64,000 nt of DNA. It comes from Eledone cirrhosa. Lineage: Eukaryota. Position numbers and translations under genes: made by a program. Of the stretch, positions 36,823 to 50,810 are shown piece by piece (position 1 is the first letter of the stretch; every line of letters begins with the position of its first letter). The notes below the pieces were generated by a model. It had not been told where the DNA came from. It ran no database searches and saw only the letters and a list, made by a program, of their open reading frames with translations. The stretch covers positions 65,100,001-65,164,000 of the forward strand of contig OZ024742.1 in the NCBI GenBank assembly GCA_964016885.1, written 5' to 3'.

Positions 36823-37446
36823 TAATTGTAGCCTGGGTTTTCCTTGGGACATACAGAGACACATAAGTTGACAGATTTAAACTTAAAATTCCTGGTTTTC
36901 AATCAAAACTCTTAGTGTGGTGACAACTCTACTCATCCATCATACATTCTATCTCTCACTCAATAACCTGTTTCTTTTTTTCCTTGAAACAAATTTTAGT
37001 TCTATCTATCTTTCACACATACCATCATATTTACCACACTATCTCACTATATTTCTCTCTAAAAACAACAATGACCACAACCACCTGTCATTACAGTGAA
37101 ACCCTATTTTTTGTCTCTGTTGCATTGTCTATAAGTTGACGGACATGCAGAAACACACACACAAACAAATATTAGTCTGGTGGAGTATTATTTCCCTCTT
37201 TATATATAGAGAGCATGCTGTGATAGATGAACTTACAGGTACAGCTCCTATTATAGTATAGATTACATCACCAACACACTACAACACCACCATTCTCGGT
37301 GAAGTCAAATCCCGCCGAGGTTAACTTTTCCTTTCATCCTTACAGGGTCGATAAAATAAAGTACCAGTAATGTACTGGATATTTGCTGGCCTTGTGTCAA
37401 AAGTAGAAACAATTATTACCAACACCAGCACTATATCACAACTCAC

Positions 37447-37566
37447 CTGCCTCTGTAATGAATCCCATGCATCAGTAACAAGTTTGTTATTAGAGTTTGT
37501 CCGTGTGTCCAAACCATACTGTTGTTCTATAGTGACGGTCATGTGTTTCACTATGTCTTTGGTCAC
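37447..37566 (-). CDS. Tetraspanin exon (large extracellular loop helices A/B)
   Basis: tctacag|GTG...CAG|gtgagt; 120 nt; VTKDIVKHMTVTIEQQYGLDTRTNSNNKLVTDAWDSLQRQ (typical Y.. WDxLQ). Confidence 0.92.
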
Positions 37567-39483
37567 CTGTAGACAGACAACAAACAAATATTAGAGTACA
37601 AAACACCAAGTCATTTCTAAAACAAGAAGTCAATGGAGAAGTTTCTTTATAACGATTAAGACATTCATGATGATGATGATGATGATAATATTAACATCAC
37701 CATCACCATCACCACCACCACCACCACCACCAATTTTAAAAACCACCATACCACAAACATTACCTCAAATGAAAGAGAGTCTTTAAGTTGTCACTCAACC
37801 TGCTAGATATAGCAGTTGAATCTCTCTCAACTCATTAAGAAAAAAGATTACATTAGATAGAGTAGTCCTATCTGAAATGAGAGACATGGTCACAGGAACA
37901 CTTAACCATAGACCTGATGGATGAAGATTGATTTAAAGCTAAACAATGACGACACACTAGATAATTTAAACCTAGGTGGTCACAGAGGGATCACCTATAG
38001 GTTTGCTGAGAATTGACCTGGGAGTAACAACAATATCCTTAAGCAATGGTAATATCTCAAACATACATGTGACTTCAATTGCTACATAAGCACAATCTAT
38101 CTGCTGTTGATGCTACCATTACCATCTTGAGATATTTTCCCAAGCCAGCATGGGTTTTATTGGTTTGCCATACCAACTATAAATAACATCTTTGAGTATT
38201 CAACAACAGAAACTTCCAGCTTGCTTTCCATTTCTTTCTTTTATCTTTTTTTAATGCATATTTTGCCTTCCTTATTTAAAATTTTTATTTTTATATTCAC
38301 TTATCTGTTTATTTTGTGTTTTGTTTCTCAACTGTGAGAAGTTCTAGATACTTCCCCTAGTCTGTCGTGGCTTACTAGCTCTATTCTGACGTTTAAATTG
38401 ATTAAATAAATACTTACACTGATCACAGTGTTTGCCATCACATTCTGAAATCTAATCTCACCACCTCATACACTAGTTCTCATTATTAGCAAAACACTGG
38501 CACATTTTCAATTAACATCTATCATTGATACACATCACATAAATATTGACTAACTGATATCTTTAATATCCAGCTTTCTTAGTGCATATGTGCTCTACCA
38601 TCTATATAGGTTAATAGCACCCATCCAACACATCATATTTACCACATTTCTCTACAACATCCACAGGTTTTCTACATTCAATACACCATGTTTCACTACC
38701 ATGTAGGTTAGTCTACTCATCCAACAAATCATACTTAATTTTTCTTTAGCATCCACAGATCATTTATAGTCAGTACTCCACAGGTTAACATTACTTCATC
38801 CAACTCATCACATTTATCTACAATATCCACAAATTTTCTACATTTAATATTCCACATTTCATTTACCATATTGATTAAAGTTACACATTTTACAGATCAT
38901 ACTGTATTTCTCCCCAACATTTTCGAATTCTCTACATTTTCTTCCAATGGGATTTGAACACAGAATATAAATAAATACTGCACATTATTGTGCCTAATGC
39001 TCCAATGATTCTGTCAATCCCAACTTACATAATCATATTCATCTTTTAATCAATGAGGTGCTGACCTGTTAGAAATAACAGTCAAATCTCTCTCAAACTA
39101 CAAACAAGAGCTGATTGCAGAAACATAATCCTAAATAAACAAAAAAGCAGGATAGTCATGTCTCGAATGCCTATGATTATATGTCTGCTCAATCATGGCT
39201 GACCTATGGCTAAACAACAATAACAATGAGTATTCAGTTGTTCAAAGATCTGAACTACCAAGTATTCCACAAACGTGTACACTTAATGTAATTCTAAGGT
39301 ACAATATATTACAAAGCTGCACCTTTGAATAACAAGTTAAATCTTTCATAGAAATATGGTGTCCCTTTTTTTTTACCTAGGATCTTTGGAAAGTTTGTGG
39401 CACATTGAAGGGATAGAAACATGGCATTTACCACATTTAACCAATCAATTTTGAAAAGAGTTCTCAGGTTCTGTGCATATAAA

Positions 39484-39596
39484 CACTGTTCACTTTCCTG
39501 ACCTTTGTACATTATTCTATGTACTATACATGCACCTTTGATGAGTTGTAGTGCACCTGCGCAATGTACACAATAATTTTCCTTATTATTATTATT
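39484..39596 (+). mobile_element. CR1-like 3'UTR fragment with (ATT)n tail
   Basis: Same 3'UTR as 3303-3390 and 48590-48708; another piece at ~46866-46941. Confidence 0.78.
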
Positions 39597-39599
39597 TTA

Positions 39600-40342
39600 G
39601 GCTAAATACATAAACGGCAAAGCATAAATGAACTGAGAGAGAAACTGGGTATAAGAGGTGTCAGATACAGCATGCAGGAGACTGCGTTTGTATGGACATA
39701 TGATGCATACAAAGGATGACAGCTGTATAAAAGGTTGCAGGGGGTTCAAAGTTGATGGACTCTATGGTGTAGGAAGATTTGGGATGAAGGGGATAAAAGC
39801 TGATCTTGCACAATTGCAACTCTCGAAGGCAATTACACTGTACCAAGATCGCTGGCATTATGCAGTAATACAGAAGACCCACCTTCCTATGTGCATGGGA
39901 TGAAGCATACATCTTGTATTCACTACACTTCCCATTCTTGCACCTTCCATGTCCTAACACTCCACACATGCCAGAACACCCCACACACGTCCCTAGATCT
40001 ATCTCTCAATCACCCCCAGTCCTTAGCCCACACTGTAAAGTAGTTGTGTAGGTGACACAACAAAAAGCCCCCAGCCCACACTGTAAAGTAGTTGTGTAGG
40101 TGACACAACAAAAATCCCCCAGCCCACACTGTAAAGTAGTTATGTAGGTGTCACAACAAAAAGCCCTCAGCACACACTGTAAATGTGGTTGGCGTTAGGA
40201 AGGGCATCCAGTGTAGAAACTAAGCCCAAACCAGTTCTGTATGAGTAAGTCATGGTCATCAGACTTGGCTTGTCTTACAATAGGGCAACTTGTCTAACCC
40301 ACCTAGTGTACAAAATGGACATTAAACGGTAATGATGATGAT
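39600..40342 (+). mobile_element. RTE-like LINE 3' fragment; downstream part has a 48-bp x3 tandem repeat and (GAT)n tail
   Basis: RRLRLYGHMM..DDSCIK..; homologous to 51310-51990; repeat units start at 40025, 40073, 40121. Confidence 0.78.
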
Positions 40343-40726
40343 GCTTAAACAGTTTCTGCATACCTAATTCCACTCATAATGCAGTTGTATCAAGCCCAGG
40401 ATCTCATGTTTTTAAAATAAACATTTTAACCACTCAGCCATACCTAATCAGTTATGTCAAATCTAATAACAAGTTGAACAAGTTCCCACCCCACCCCACC
40501 CTCCAAATAACATAGGTAGCTTTTGATGATAAAGAAATTCAAACAGCTGTAAGTAAGCTGCCCATCTAAATATACAACACTTTTGTTAATGTGTTGAAGT
40601 GTGTATATGACAAGGTTGACAGACATGTCTTTTCATGTAAGGTGGAACAATAGAAGAAATCAGCTGTCACAACAATGGCAACAATACCCTGAATAAGAAT
40701 ATAGTTCTTTCTGAAACATAACTAAA

Positions 40727-41599
40727 CTAACAGAAAAATCATCCTTCGGGTGGTTTTCTGCTAGCATGTGTAGTGTGCATATTGATATTACAGGCAAATA
40801 TATATGCATGTAGATATGATATGTTAAATAAAATCGTAATTGACAATATGCACAGAAACTGAAGAGAGACTGTGTTACGCTCTCTTCTGTAATCAGTAAA
40901 GTAATCCATGATACATTTAAAAAAGATGATAATATATAAACTGCATTACGGTGAAATGTAATGAAAACGAAAAAGGAGAAAATTAGCGACAGAAATATAA
41001 ATCTTATATAACGATGCAAATATATGAACGTTTACATAAGCGATGTAATAAGTATTCTGATATAACAGACACTAACCGGAAGTGTAGACATTTGAACATT
41101 TTTTAAGAAATGAATCTTAAAATAAGCAATTGTTATCATCATCATCATCATCGTTTAACGTCCATCTTCCACACTTGCATGGGTTTGGACGGGAGTTTTT
41201 CCACTTGAGGCAAGAGTGGTTGTCTTGCTCGCATAGGACTGTCTGGCGGGTTTTCTACGGCTGGGTGCCCTTCCTAACACCAACCACATTTACAGTGTGG
41301 ACTGGGAGGTTTTTACCGTGTTACCTACACGGTCACATTACAGCGTGGACTGTGTGTTTTTTTTGTCGTGACACCTACACAACCTCATTTGTTTCGGACT
41401 GGATGTTGTGGTACCAACATAACTTTACATTGAAACGGGTGGTGTGGATGGGGTGGGGTTTTATATAAGAATATTTATGTTTAATCAACAGCTACGAAAT
41501 TTAGTACAAAAATTATGTAATATTCATTATTTATTCAAAGTAATCCAACTTACTTTACTAACGAGATAAAAAAATATATTCAGGACACATTCCCGCACT
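40727..41599 (-). mobile_element. Decayed inverse copy of the non-autonomous Helitron, interrupted by a SINE-like insertion (~41135-41465)
   Basis: Reverse-complement matches to 60461-60850 and 61176-61239. Confidence 0.75.
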
Positions 41600-43849
41600 G
41601 TAGGATATTACATTTTTTACCCCAGTAATGATTAACCCCCTTCAACACTATTGCTACTGTATTTATAATAAAATTATCATTGTCATCATCATCATCATCA
41701 TCACCGATTACCGTCTATTTTCCATGCTTGCATGGGTTAGACTTGCTGAAGTGTTATGGGGCCAGACAGGTCAGGTGACCACGCCTTGTTCATATGCTCC
41801 ATTTTTGGCTTGGTTTTCTTTGGCTGGATGCCCTTCCTAACATCACTAATCTTACAGGATGAACTGGGAACTTTTTGTTGTGGCACCAGTACGACTATCT
41901 TACAGAGTGGACTGGATGCTTTTTATTGTGGCCCCAGCACTGTTACTTGTCTAATGGTTCAAGTGACTTCTTAAAATAAGCCAAAGATTAGGAGGAATTT
42001 AGCAAAATAACTTTTTCATTAAGTTGATGTCTGGAACATAACAAAAAGTTCTTACATAAAATTATGTTGTAAAATTTTAATGTAAACATGAACACTTTAA
42101 AACTGGCAGCTTTATATCAAACAGTAAGGATGGTTTGGTATTAAAAGTGTTACAAGCTGAAAGAATGAAAATAAGGAAGTACTTATTATCTATTCCTCTT
42201 TCAAAAGACTCTTAATTTTCTACTGATCAACATCTAGTCCAGTGAAGGCAAAACTTTTTAACAATCCATTGAAAATTTTAACTTCTTTGATAATCTTGTT
42301 GATGGAGTCATACGTATAAGATAAAATGAAATGAAATGAAATTTACAGCAGGTTTAGCTTGTTTCCTATGATAAGCACCCATTCCTATTATGAAAAGCAA
42401 CATAAAGTGTCTTGCTCAAGAACACAACACACTGCCTGGTCTAAGAACTGAACCCATGACATTATCATGAAAATATTATGTGGTGGACACTGCTGGAACA
42501 TCGTTGATCATAAAACTACAGAATCTTTACTGACCTAGGACTACACAACAAGAATAACCTCCTATGTTTTAAATGATATAGATAATTTTTTTTATATAAC
42601 ATTGTACCAAAATTCATCAAATGTCACAACCAACACAGACATAGGTTTGCAAATTCACTCTCATTGGGACTTTTGTAAGAAAGATCCCTGGTTTGAGAAT
42701 ATCTGTCCTTCCCCCTTGAAAAAAATGTTTTTTTTTTCTTTTTGAATATCTTGGTAGGTATGGTCAGTACTGTATTCTTTCATGTATACTGCATAGTTTT
42801 TTTCCCTTTTTACATTGTTTTGTTTTAAGGATATGTGGTATACACCATAACTGAATGTTTCCAGCCTTTTTTGCAGGCTTTTCCAGACATTTTTCTGGTG
42901 AAAAGGGGGGTGCACATTATACAAAAATGCACACAATACATGGAAGGAGAGGTTGATGACTGCAGCAGTGGACAGGAGAGCCCAGCAAAAGGAGTGCAAT
43001 AAATCCAACAGACCAGAGACTGTCATTCACGCATATAGCCACTGGAGACGCTGCTCCAGCCAAGTTGGCAACAGGATACTACCCATGGTCAGCTTTGACC
43101 AAAGGAGGCCTTAAATTTTAACATGGAAGAATATGGCAGTCTTGTAATAATATAATTAAAAGTTTCGGCAAAACTGCAACGTACATTTAACATAACAGAT
43201 GGAATGTTGGTAGCCAGTGAGCATCACTGTAAAACCTACCATATTTCATTGCAGTATCAGTAGAGGGTCGGACGCCATGCTTTGCAGCAAAGAGTTACGG
43301 CCCTTTATGGTCTGAGTTCAAATCTTGCCAAGGCTAACTTTGCCTTTCATCCTCCTTACGAGGTCGATAAAATAAAGTACCAGTAATGTACTGTGTAATT
43401 GCTGGCCTTGTGCCAAAAGTAGAAACAATTAATTTTACTGTCAAACAATGAAACAATAACAAGCAAAGACAGTTGTGCTGATTTCCAAGATGCAAGAGAA
43501 AGGGAAGGAAGGGAGTTATGATTATGAACGCATACATATTAGATAGGAGAGTTACCTCCCATAGTATAGAAATTTCATATCAGTATATTAGAAATGCAAA
43601 GTAGATACGTAATTAGGAAGACATTGATTGGCATATAAACCGAGCAAGATAAAGAGATATAGATAAACAGCTTTATACACACATACCAAAGTAAGGGTGG
43701 AGAGGGCCCCTGAGTCCAGTAAGACAACCTCTCTAGTGCTGGTGGCACGAATAAAAGCACCCAGTCCATGTTGTAAAGTGGTACTGGTGATAGGAAGGGC
43801 ATACAACCAGTATATTATTAATGCCAAATTATTAGCACAAAATACAAAT

Positions 43850-43884
<35 letters not shown>

Positions 43885-44349
43885 CACACAAAACATGGAT
43901 ACATGATGGCTGCATCTTGATTTCGAGAATTGCCATCACTTAATCTCCCTCCCACATATGGGTGGCATAGAAAAAGACTTTTAGATCAAATAATGCTTGT
44001 GCTTGAACCTTTTTAAGTGAAGAAATGCCTTGTACTGGACCAATCTCACTCTCTGAACAATCGTGACAGGTACCCAAAACGAACAGGTCAACATTATTGG
44101 CTGTCATCGAGTTGCATATATATAAATTCTAAACTACTGGTTTCTACTTCATTGTTATACCAACACTCCGGAATGCACAGGCCTACATGTATACTTCATT
44201 GAGTGCTGTATCCTGTGTTCACTACTGTTGGTTGATTAACTGATACAAAATACACCAAGTATATATATATGTATGTATCCGTAAGAGGTTGACGACAGAG
44301 AAATGAGTACTTAATGCTAAAGTTGAGTTTTAATATTCATTATTATTAA

Positions 44350-44542
44350 GGCGGTGGATTGGCAGTATCGGTAGAGGGTCGGACGCCATGTTTTGAGGCA
44401 TAGTTACGGCCCTTGCCATTCTGAGTTCAAATCCCGCCGAGGTTAACTTTGCCTTTCATCCTTACGGGGTCGATAAAATAAAGTACCAGTAATACACTGG
44501 ATAATTGCTGGCCTTGTGCCAAAAGTAGAAACAATTATTATT
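44350..44542 (+). mobile_element. tRNA-derived SINE family B with (ATT)n tail
   Basis: A-box tggcagtatcgg, B-box gagttcaaatccc, core gcctttcatccttacggggtcgataaa; TSD-like attattattaaggc; copies at 37298-37398, 43248-43430, 49150-49330(-), 50357-50547(-), 50566-50760, 56876-57030. Confidence 0.85.
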
Positions 44543-44594
44543 AAGGCTAACCGTTTTTACGCCCGGGAACTGATTCTGGCTTGATTTCTACAGC

Positions 44595-45105
44595 TTCCTG
44601 AGATCCCGCTACATCTCTTGTGTACCCATTGTTTGCATTTGGGGCAGAGAATGGAGTTCCTACCTACACCTTTCCTACATACTGAGCAAGGCCATTTCCC
44701 TGAGGGGATCTGGGTTCTGTTTTCTCGTCTACTTACAAGGACCTTAGTCTTTGTCACCCTTTCTTTCTCGTCCCTGCTTCCAAGTTTGGAATTTCTTATC
44801 TAGTTCTACCATAGATTCAGCTATAAGTGCGAGGTCATCTGCATATAGGAGTTCCTATGGGCATCCGGTCTTAAACTCTTCCGTTATTGCCTGCAGGGCT
44901 ATGATGAACAGGAGATGGCTAAGAACAGAGCCTTGGTAGACACCGACCTGTACGCTAAATTCCTCGCTATGCTCATTGCTAATCCTAACTTTGCTGACTG
45001 CTCCCCTATACATGGCTTGTACAGCTTTCACAAGCCATTCATCTACTCCTAGTTTTCTAAGAGCCCACCAGATTACAGCACGGAGAACTCTGTCAAAGGC
45101 TTTCA
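44595..45105 (-). mobile_element. RTE-like LINE RT fragment
   Basis: KAFDRV..IWWALRKLGV; VGVYQGSVLSHLLF; ELLYADDLALIAES; followed by KWPCSVCRKGVGRNSILCPKCKQWVHKRC. Confidence 0.85.
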
Positions 45106-46303
45106 AAATATTGAGAGAGAGAGAGAGAGAGACAGCTAGATATAGTGACAATTGTATATAGACAGGCAGATAATTATTGATAATCATTGATAAAGAAGGT
45201 TTTAGATATATATAGTTAGACAGGTATAGAGTAAGAATTATATGCATATACACCATACAATAATTAGATTAGTCTTCACAGCTAGACATAGAAACAGATA
45301 GAAAGATAGTTATACTGGCATACATATACATATATCTGATCCAGCTTCCCTCAAAACGTGAGGACTCACCTAACCCATGCTAGCGAGGAAAAATGGACAT
45401 TAAATAGTGATGATGATATATACGAATATATATATAGGACCAAGAAGACCACAGATCAGTGTAGTACTCATAGTACTCAATACATATGTAGATGTAGAAG
45501 AGAGTGGACTTTCTGTTGGGATTTTGCTACTTACTATGTGTATGAGCATATATATATATAGTGGAGAGTCAGGGCCCAATGGCTGAGCTCTTGCCGTTTC
45601 TCAACAGAAAATTCCAGAGTCTGGAATTTGTTGTTAAAACAGCAAGAGCTCAGCTGTGGGGCTATGATTCTCTACTATATTTACACTCTACTCAAGTATT
45701 GAGTACACCGTTGAATAATTGTCTTACTAGTTTAAATCTGATATATTCCTGATCCCTCTTTCTCTATACCACACTTTCTTCCTCTCCCTTTCACTCCCTC
45801 GCCTGACTCTCTAGTAGTCCTTTTCTCACTTATAACTGCTGGGATCAGACATGTCTTTTTTCTCTCGACCACAGTCTTGAACTTAAGTTGCTTGCACATT
45901 GCTCGGTTTGTTGTATTTTTCTGCTGTTTTTTCACTGTTTTCTCTTTTCTTCCCTCCCTCCTCTATTTTCCCAATAACTTATCCAGTTATTGACGCTCTG
46001 GGCGGTAGATATATTGTCTTTAAAGTGTAGAAATATCCGAGACCTCCAGTAGACAACTGATGAGGAAAACTCCCCACCCTCGTTCTTGCTTTCTTCTTAT
46101 TCTCACTCCATTTTAAGCTACCTTAAATAACAACTACACAGCCATTTCTACCTCTCTCTCTCTCTAGAGAGAGAGAGAGGTAGAAATAGCCTGGCTGAAC
46201 CGTAAAACAATAAAAGTAATTACAGAGGTGTTGTCTCCAGTGTTATGACCTTCAAAATTGTGAGGAACAAAACAAAGCTAGGTGTATTTTCATCAGTGAG
46301 ATA

Positions 46304-46626
46304 TCATCATCATTTTACGTCCGCTTTTCCTTGCTTGCAAGGGTGGGACGGGAACTGATTCTGGCTTGATTTCTACAGCTGGATGCCCTTCCCAACATCA
46401 ACCTCATTTACAGTGAGTACTGGGTGCTTTTTGCCGTGGCACCTCCACGACCACTTTGCAGTGGAATGATAGGGACTCCAGTCCCTATCATCTCATTTCT
46501 ACAGCTGAGTAAACTGGAGCAATGTGAAATAAAGTGTCTTGCTCAAGGAAACAACACATCACCCGGTCTGAGAATTGAACTCACAACCTTTCGATTGCAA
46601 GTCCAACCACTAAGCCATGTGCCTCC
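46304..46626 (-). mobile_element. tRNA-derived SINE family A, full length
   Basis: Reverse complement of 24195-24539. Confidence 0.82.
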
Positions 46627-48383
46627 ATATATATGTTCTATACCATCTAACCTATGCTAGCATGGAAAATGGACGTTAAACGATGATGATGATGATGAGT
46701 CTAAGTACCAATTTGTCTACGTTTAATGTGTGCTTTTCCATTCTGAGGTATTGCCTACAATGTAGTTGATCATACTAACCCCAGCATCTATTTTCTAGTC
46801 AGGTACTTATTTTATTGATCTCTACTTGCAGAACCATTAGATTACATGATATAAACAAACAGCATGTACATTATTCTATGCACTAAACATGTATCTTTGA
46901 TGAGCTGTAGTGCACCTGAGCACTGTACGCAATACTTTTCATATATAAATATATATACACACACACACACAATGTGCATGTTATGTGTGGATTTATGCAG
47001 TTACAATAGATATGAAGACATGCAGCAGACAGATAGATCATGAAAACATACAGCTGACAGATATAAATCCCAATTATAACAACAATCACAACTGCTTTTT
47101 TATCTGTGGGTTATTGTAATCTCAAATACAACAAAGTAAAATATCAGTAGTCTGTGTGAAGAGGTTAGTTAGTTGGAGTTGTTGTTGTTGAGTATTGTCA
47201 GTTCACATTTACACACAGAAAACAGTGTCAAAGTTCACACTTCCTACATCAACTTGTCAACCTGCTATTGCCCTCCATGGTGGGAAGTGTGGCAGAAAAT
47301 ATAACATTGTTCACCAATCAACCCCCACCAACACTTTAAATACCTCACACCTGCAAGGAAAACTGTTTGATGCCATAAACAAAACACATCACTCACATAC
47401 ATACATACAACAACTAGAGAAACAAGCTGATTTTTCCATTTTCCCTGCTAAAGCAGAGGTTAGACTATGACATGGAAGGATAATAAATTTTATGCTAATC
47501 ATGGAGTCCCTTTTGAGGGGGGATGTTTTATAACCTGATGCCCTTCCTGGCACCAAACCCTTTAGGTACCTCTTTTGTTTGACACACACAGACACGGTGT
47601 GCCTATTCTAAACCAAATACTTAAATCACACCCTACAATCTTTACAAAGATTTAATAAAAGGAAGTTAAATATAGTTGGATGATCAGGGTTAGAATACCT
47701 TTGATTATTAGTATGCTTGATCATGGTTAATCTAAGACTAAACAGCAATAACAAAGAATGGATCAATGCTTTCAGTAAGGTTGAATTAGAAATATGGAAT
47801 AAATAAATAAGTACAGAAGAAAATATCAGAGTTAATAACAACAGATTTTATAGGAATTATTGAAAAATATTCTCAAAAATTATGTGGCTTTATTTTCAGA
47901 GTAAGGGAGCCAGTAACAGTATAAAACTGAATTATTAAGAGCAGAAAACTATGGGGACCGATAGTACAAAATATTATGGGAGTTAATACATGTCTGCTAC
48001 ACTGACCTCCAACATGTCTGCTATAGGAAACAACATATCAGATATCTATGGAAGTCAATGTGGCAGATATATCTATGGTAGACAAATAAAACAGAAAACT
48101 ATGTTAGCCATTATAGCAGAAACTAATATAGCAGATATTTATGAAAGCTCATATGATAAAACTATGGTAGCCTATATAGCAAAAAACCCAAATATTACAT
48201 CAGAAAATTATGAAAGCGAACATGGGAAATACCCATAGAAGCTAATAGCAAAAATATATAAAGCAATGAATTGTTACGAAGCAAATTAAACACCCACACA
48301 CGTACGCAAATGCATATATATTTTCAAATCCACATGATTAGACTAAACTAGCCCTACCCTCAGCATATATAAGCCTAGTCCAG

Positions 48384-48708
48384 ACCAGAAAACAGCACAG
48401 CTCCCATGACTTTCAGAAACATTTTTTCACGCTCAGAGTTGCTGAAGTATGGAACAAGCTACCTGCATAAGTTGTAAGCTGTCAGGACACTGCATCCTTC
48501 AAAACTTCCCCAAATTCGCCAACACTACACCTGATATTCCCCCTCCATACACATGCACGCATGTATCTGTGTGTATAGCATGACTCCTACACTGTTCACT
48601 TTCGTGACATTTGCACATTATTCTATGTACTATACATGCACCTTTGATGAGTTGTAGTGCACCTGAGCACAGTACAAATAATTTTCATTATTTTTATTAT
48701 TATTATTG
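48384..48708 (+). mobile_element. CR1-like LINE 3' end
   Basis: RKQHSSHDFQKHFFTLRVAEVWNKLP = CR1-type ORF2 C-terminus (FF..RV...WN.LP); 3'UTR and (ATT)n tail. Confidence 0.82.
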
Positions 48709-49051
48709 GTTAGGTTATTCCAGACCAGTCGAAACTGGTAGAGGGGTGTGATAGGATAAAAAAAGAAAATTATTTGTGAGACTGATATTGAGAGAAGATG
48801 AGAATACTAGGCTTATCTTGCTTTTCCTCCTCTTGGGTCTTCTTTGGCATCCACCATTAGTTTGATCATTGCATGGTTAGCATGATGCAGAAGTAGACAG
48901 AGTTTAGAGAGAGAGAGAGAGAGAAGGTGACAACCAGCATCAGCATCAGCATCAGCAGAAGCTGACAAAATCCTTGCTGTACAAGCAAATGCAATGTTTT
49001 GGAAGATGGTGTAAGAAAATTTGGTGGTTCCATACTTACAATTTCACCTAC

Positions 49052-49126
49052 CTGTTTTCTGAAGTAAAATGCCATCCCACAGGAAACAGTGAGAAACAGC
49101 AGCATAAAAGATAGTGTTCCACTATA
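49052..49126 (-). CDS. Tetraspanin exon (TM3)
   Basis: catttcag|TAT...CAG|gtaggt; 75 nt; YSGTLSFMLLFLTVSCGMAFYFRKQ. An alternative in-frame donor would end the exon at 49040. Confidence 0.88.
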
Positions 49127-50356
49127 CTGAAATGAAATAAAAGGTAATAATAATAATAATTGTTTCTACATTTGGCACAAGGCCATTAATTTTGGGGAGG
49201 GGAAAAGTCAATTAAATCAATCCCAGTGCGTGACTGGTACTTTATTTTACCGCAAAGTTAACCTCAGCGGGATTTGAACTCAGAATGTAAAGGGCCGCAA
49301 CTCTATGCTGATACTGTCAATTCATTGCCCCTAATAATTATTTCTACTTTAGGCACAAGGCCAGCAATAATAACAACAACCACAGTTGTCATAATTTAGA
49401 TATAAATAACATTGAAAGACCATAATTTTTAACATCCTGTAATAATTTAACAGAAAATATTCAAAAACGTTAATTCAAATGTTTATAGTTTCTTTACTAG
49501 TAAACAGATTGTTGGGAAAATATGTTGTAAACTAAAGTAAAAACTTTAATTTTTTAATAAGATGCAGTTATAATACTTTTCATATTTTTCAAGAATATCT
49601 TGCTTATTTTTTTTTTATGCTATGTGAGACAGGATGTTAAGAATTAATAGGAGAAAGGACAAGAATATTTTACAACTTAGACCACATGTGATCCAACAAG
49701 AAGCATAATTAAACCAGTTACATCAGAATCATGCATGTATGTAACAGCAGTCATAATAATGGTTTCTAATTTAGGCACAGGGGCCAGCCATATGAGGATG
49801 TGAAGGGAGTTATGGTAATAGTCAATTGTATCATCCCCAATACTTAACTCGTACTTTGACCACAAAAGAATGAAAGGTAAAATTGCACATGTTGAGTAAT
49901 TGGAGAAGAAGAAAGCTGATTGAATCAACCTCAGTCAATTTGTTTTTGAACTCAGCAACAAATAACTGCAAAATATGTTATCCAATGCTTTTAATGATTC
50001 TGTTGATTCACTACTATAACTATGATTTCTTACAAAGGTCAAGAATTTAGGGGAAGGGGAAAGTCTATTATATTTACCCCAGTACTTTACTGGTAGTTTA
50101 TTTTATCAACAAACCTAGAGAGACGAAAGGCAAAGTTTACCGTAGCTGTGTGTGTGTATGAGGTGTTTACACAGGTGAATAAGAAAAGAAATGGTGTTTG
50201 TATGTGTGTGCACATGCAAGAGGGGTGAGGGGTGGCAGGGAGATACTACCTTTTGTAGCAAGTCCATTTGTTCTTGCAACAAAAATAGTGGTGTCGTAGT
50301 TTTGAATAGTGATAACATGACAACATCTGATTTATTGCTATTATATCACAAATATC

Positions 50357-50760
50357 ATAATTGTTTCTACATTAGGCACAAGGCCAGCAATTACCCAGTG
50401 TATTACTGGTACTTCATTTTATCGACCCCGTAAGGATGAAAGGCAAAGTTAACCTCGGCGGGATTTGAACTCAGAATGGCAAGGGCCGTAACTCTATGCG
50501 TCAAAGCATGGCGTCCGACCCTCTACCGATACTGCCAATCCACTGCCTTTCACAAATATCATAATGGTGGTGGATTGGCAGTATCGGTAGAGGGTCGGAC
50601 GCCATGCTTTAGAGCATAGTTACGTCCCTTTACGATCTGAGTTCAAATCCCGCCGAGGTTGACTTTGCCTTTCATCCTTACGGGGTCGATAAAATAAAGT
50701 ACCTGTAATGCACTGGGTAATTGCTGGCCTTGTGCCTTGTGCCTAAAGTAGAAACAATTA
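50357..50760. mobile_element. Head-to-head inverted pair of family B SINEs
   Basis: Minus copy 50357-50547, plus copy 50566-50760, 18-nt spacer; overlapping TSDs. Confidence 0.9.
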
Positions 50761-50810
50761 TATCACAAATGGAACAAAACAACAGGTGTGACTATCATAT
50801 TATTGTTGTT

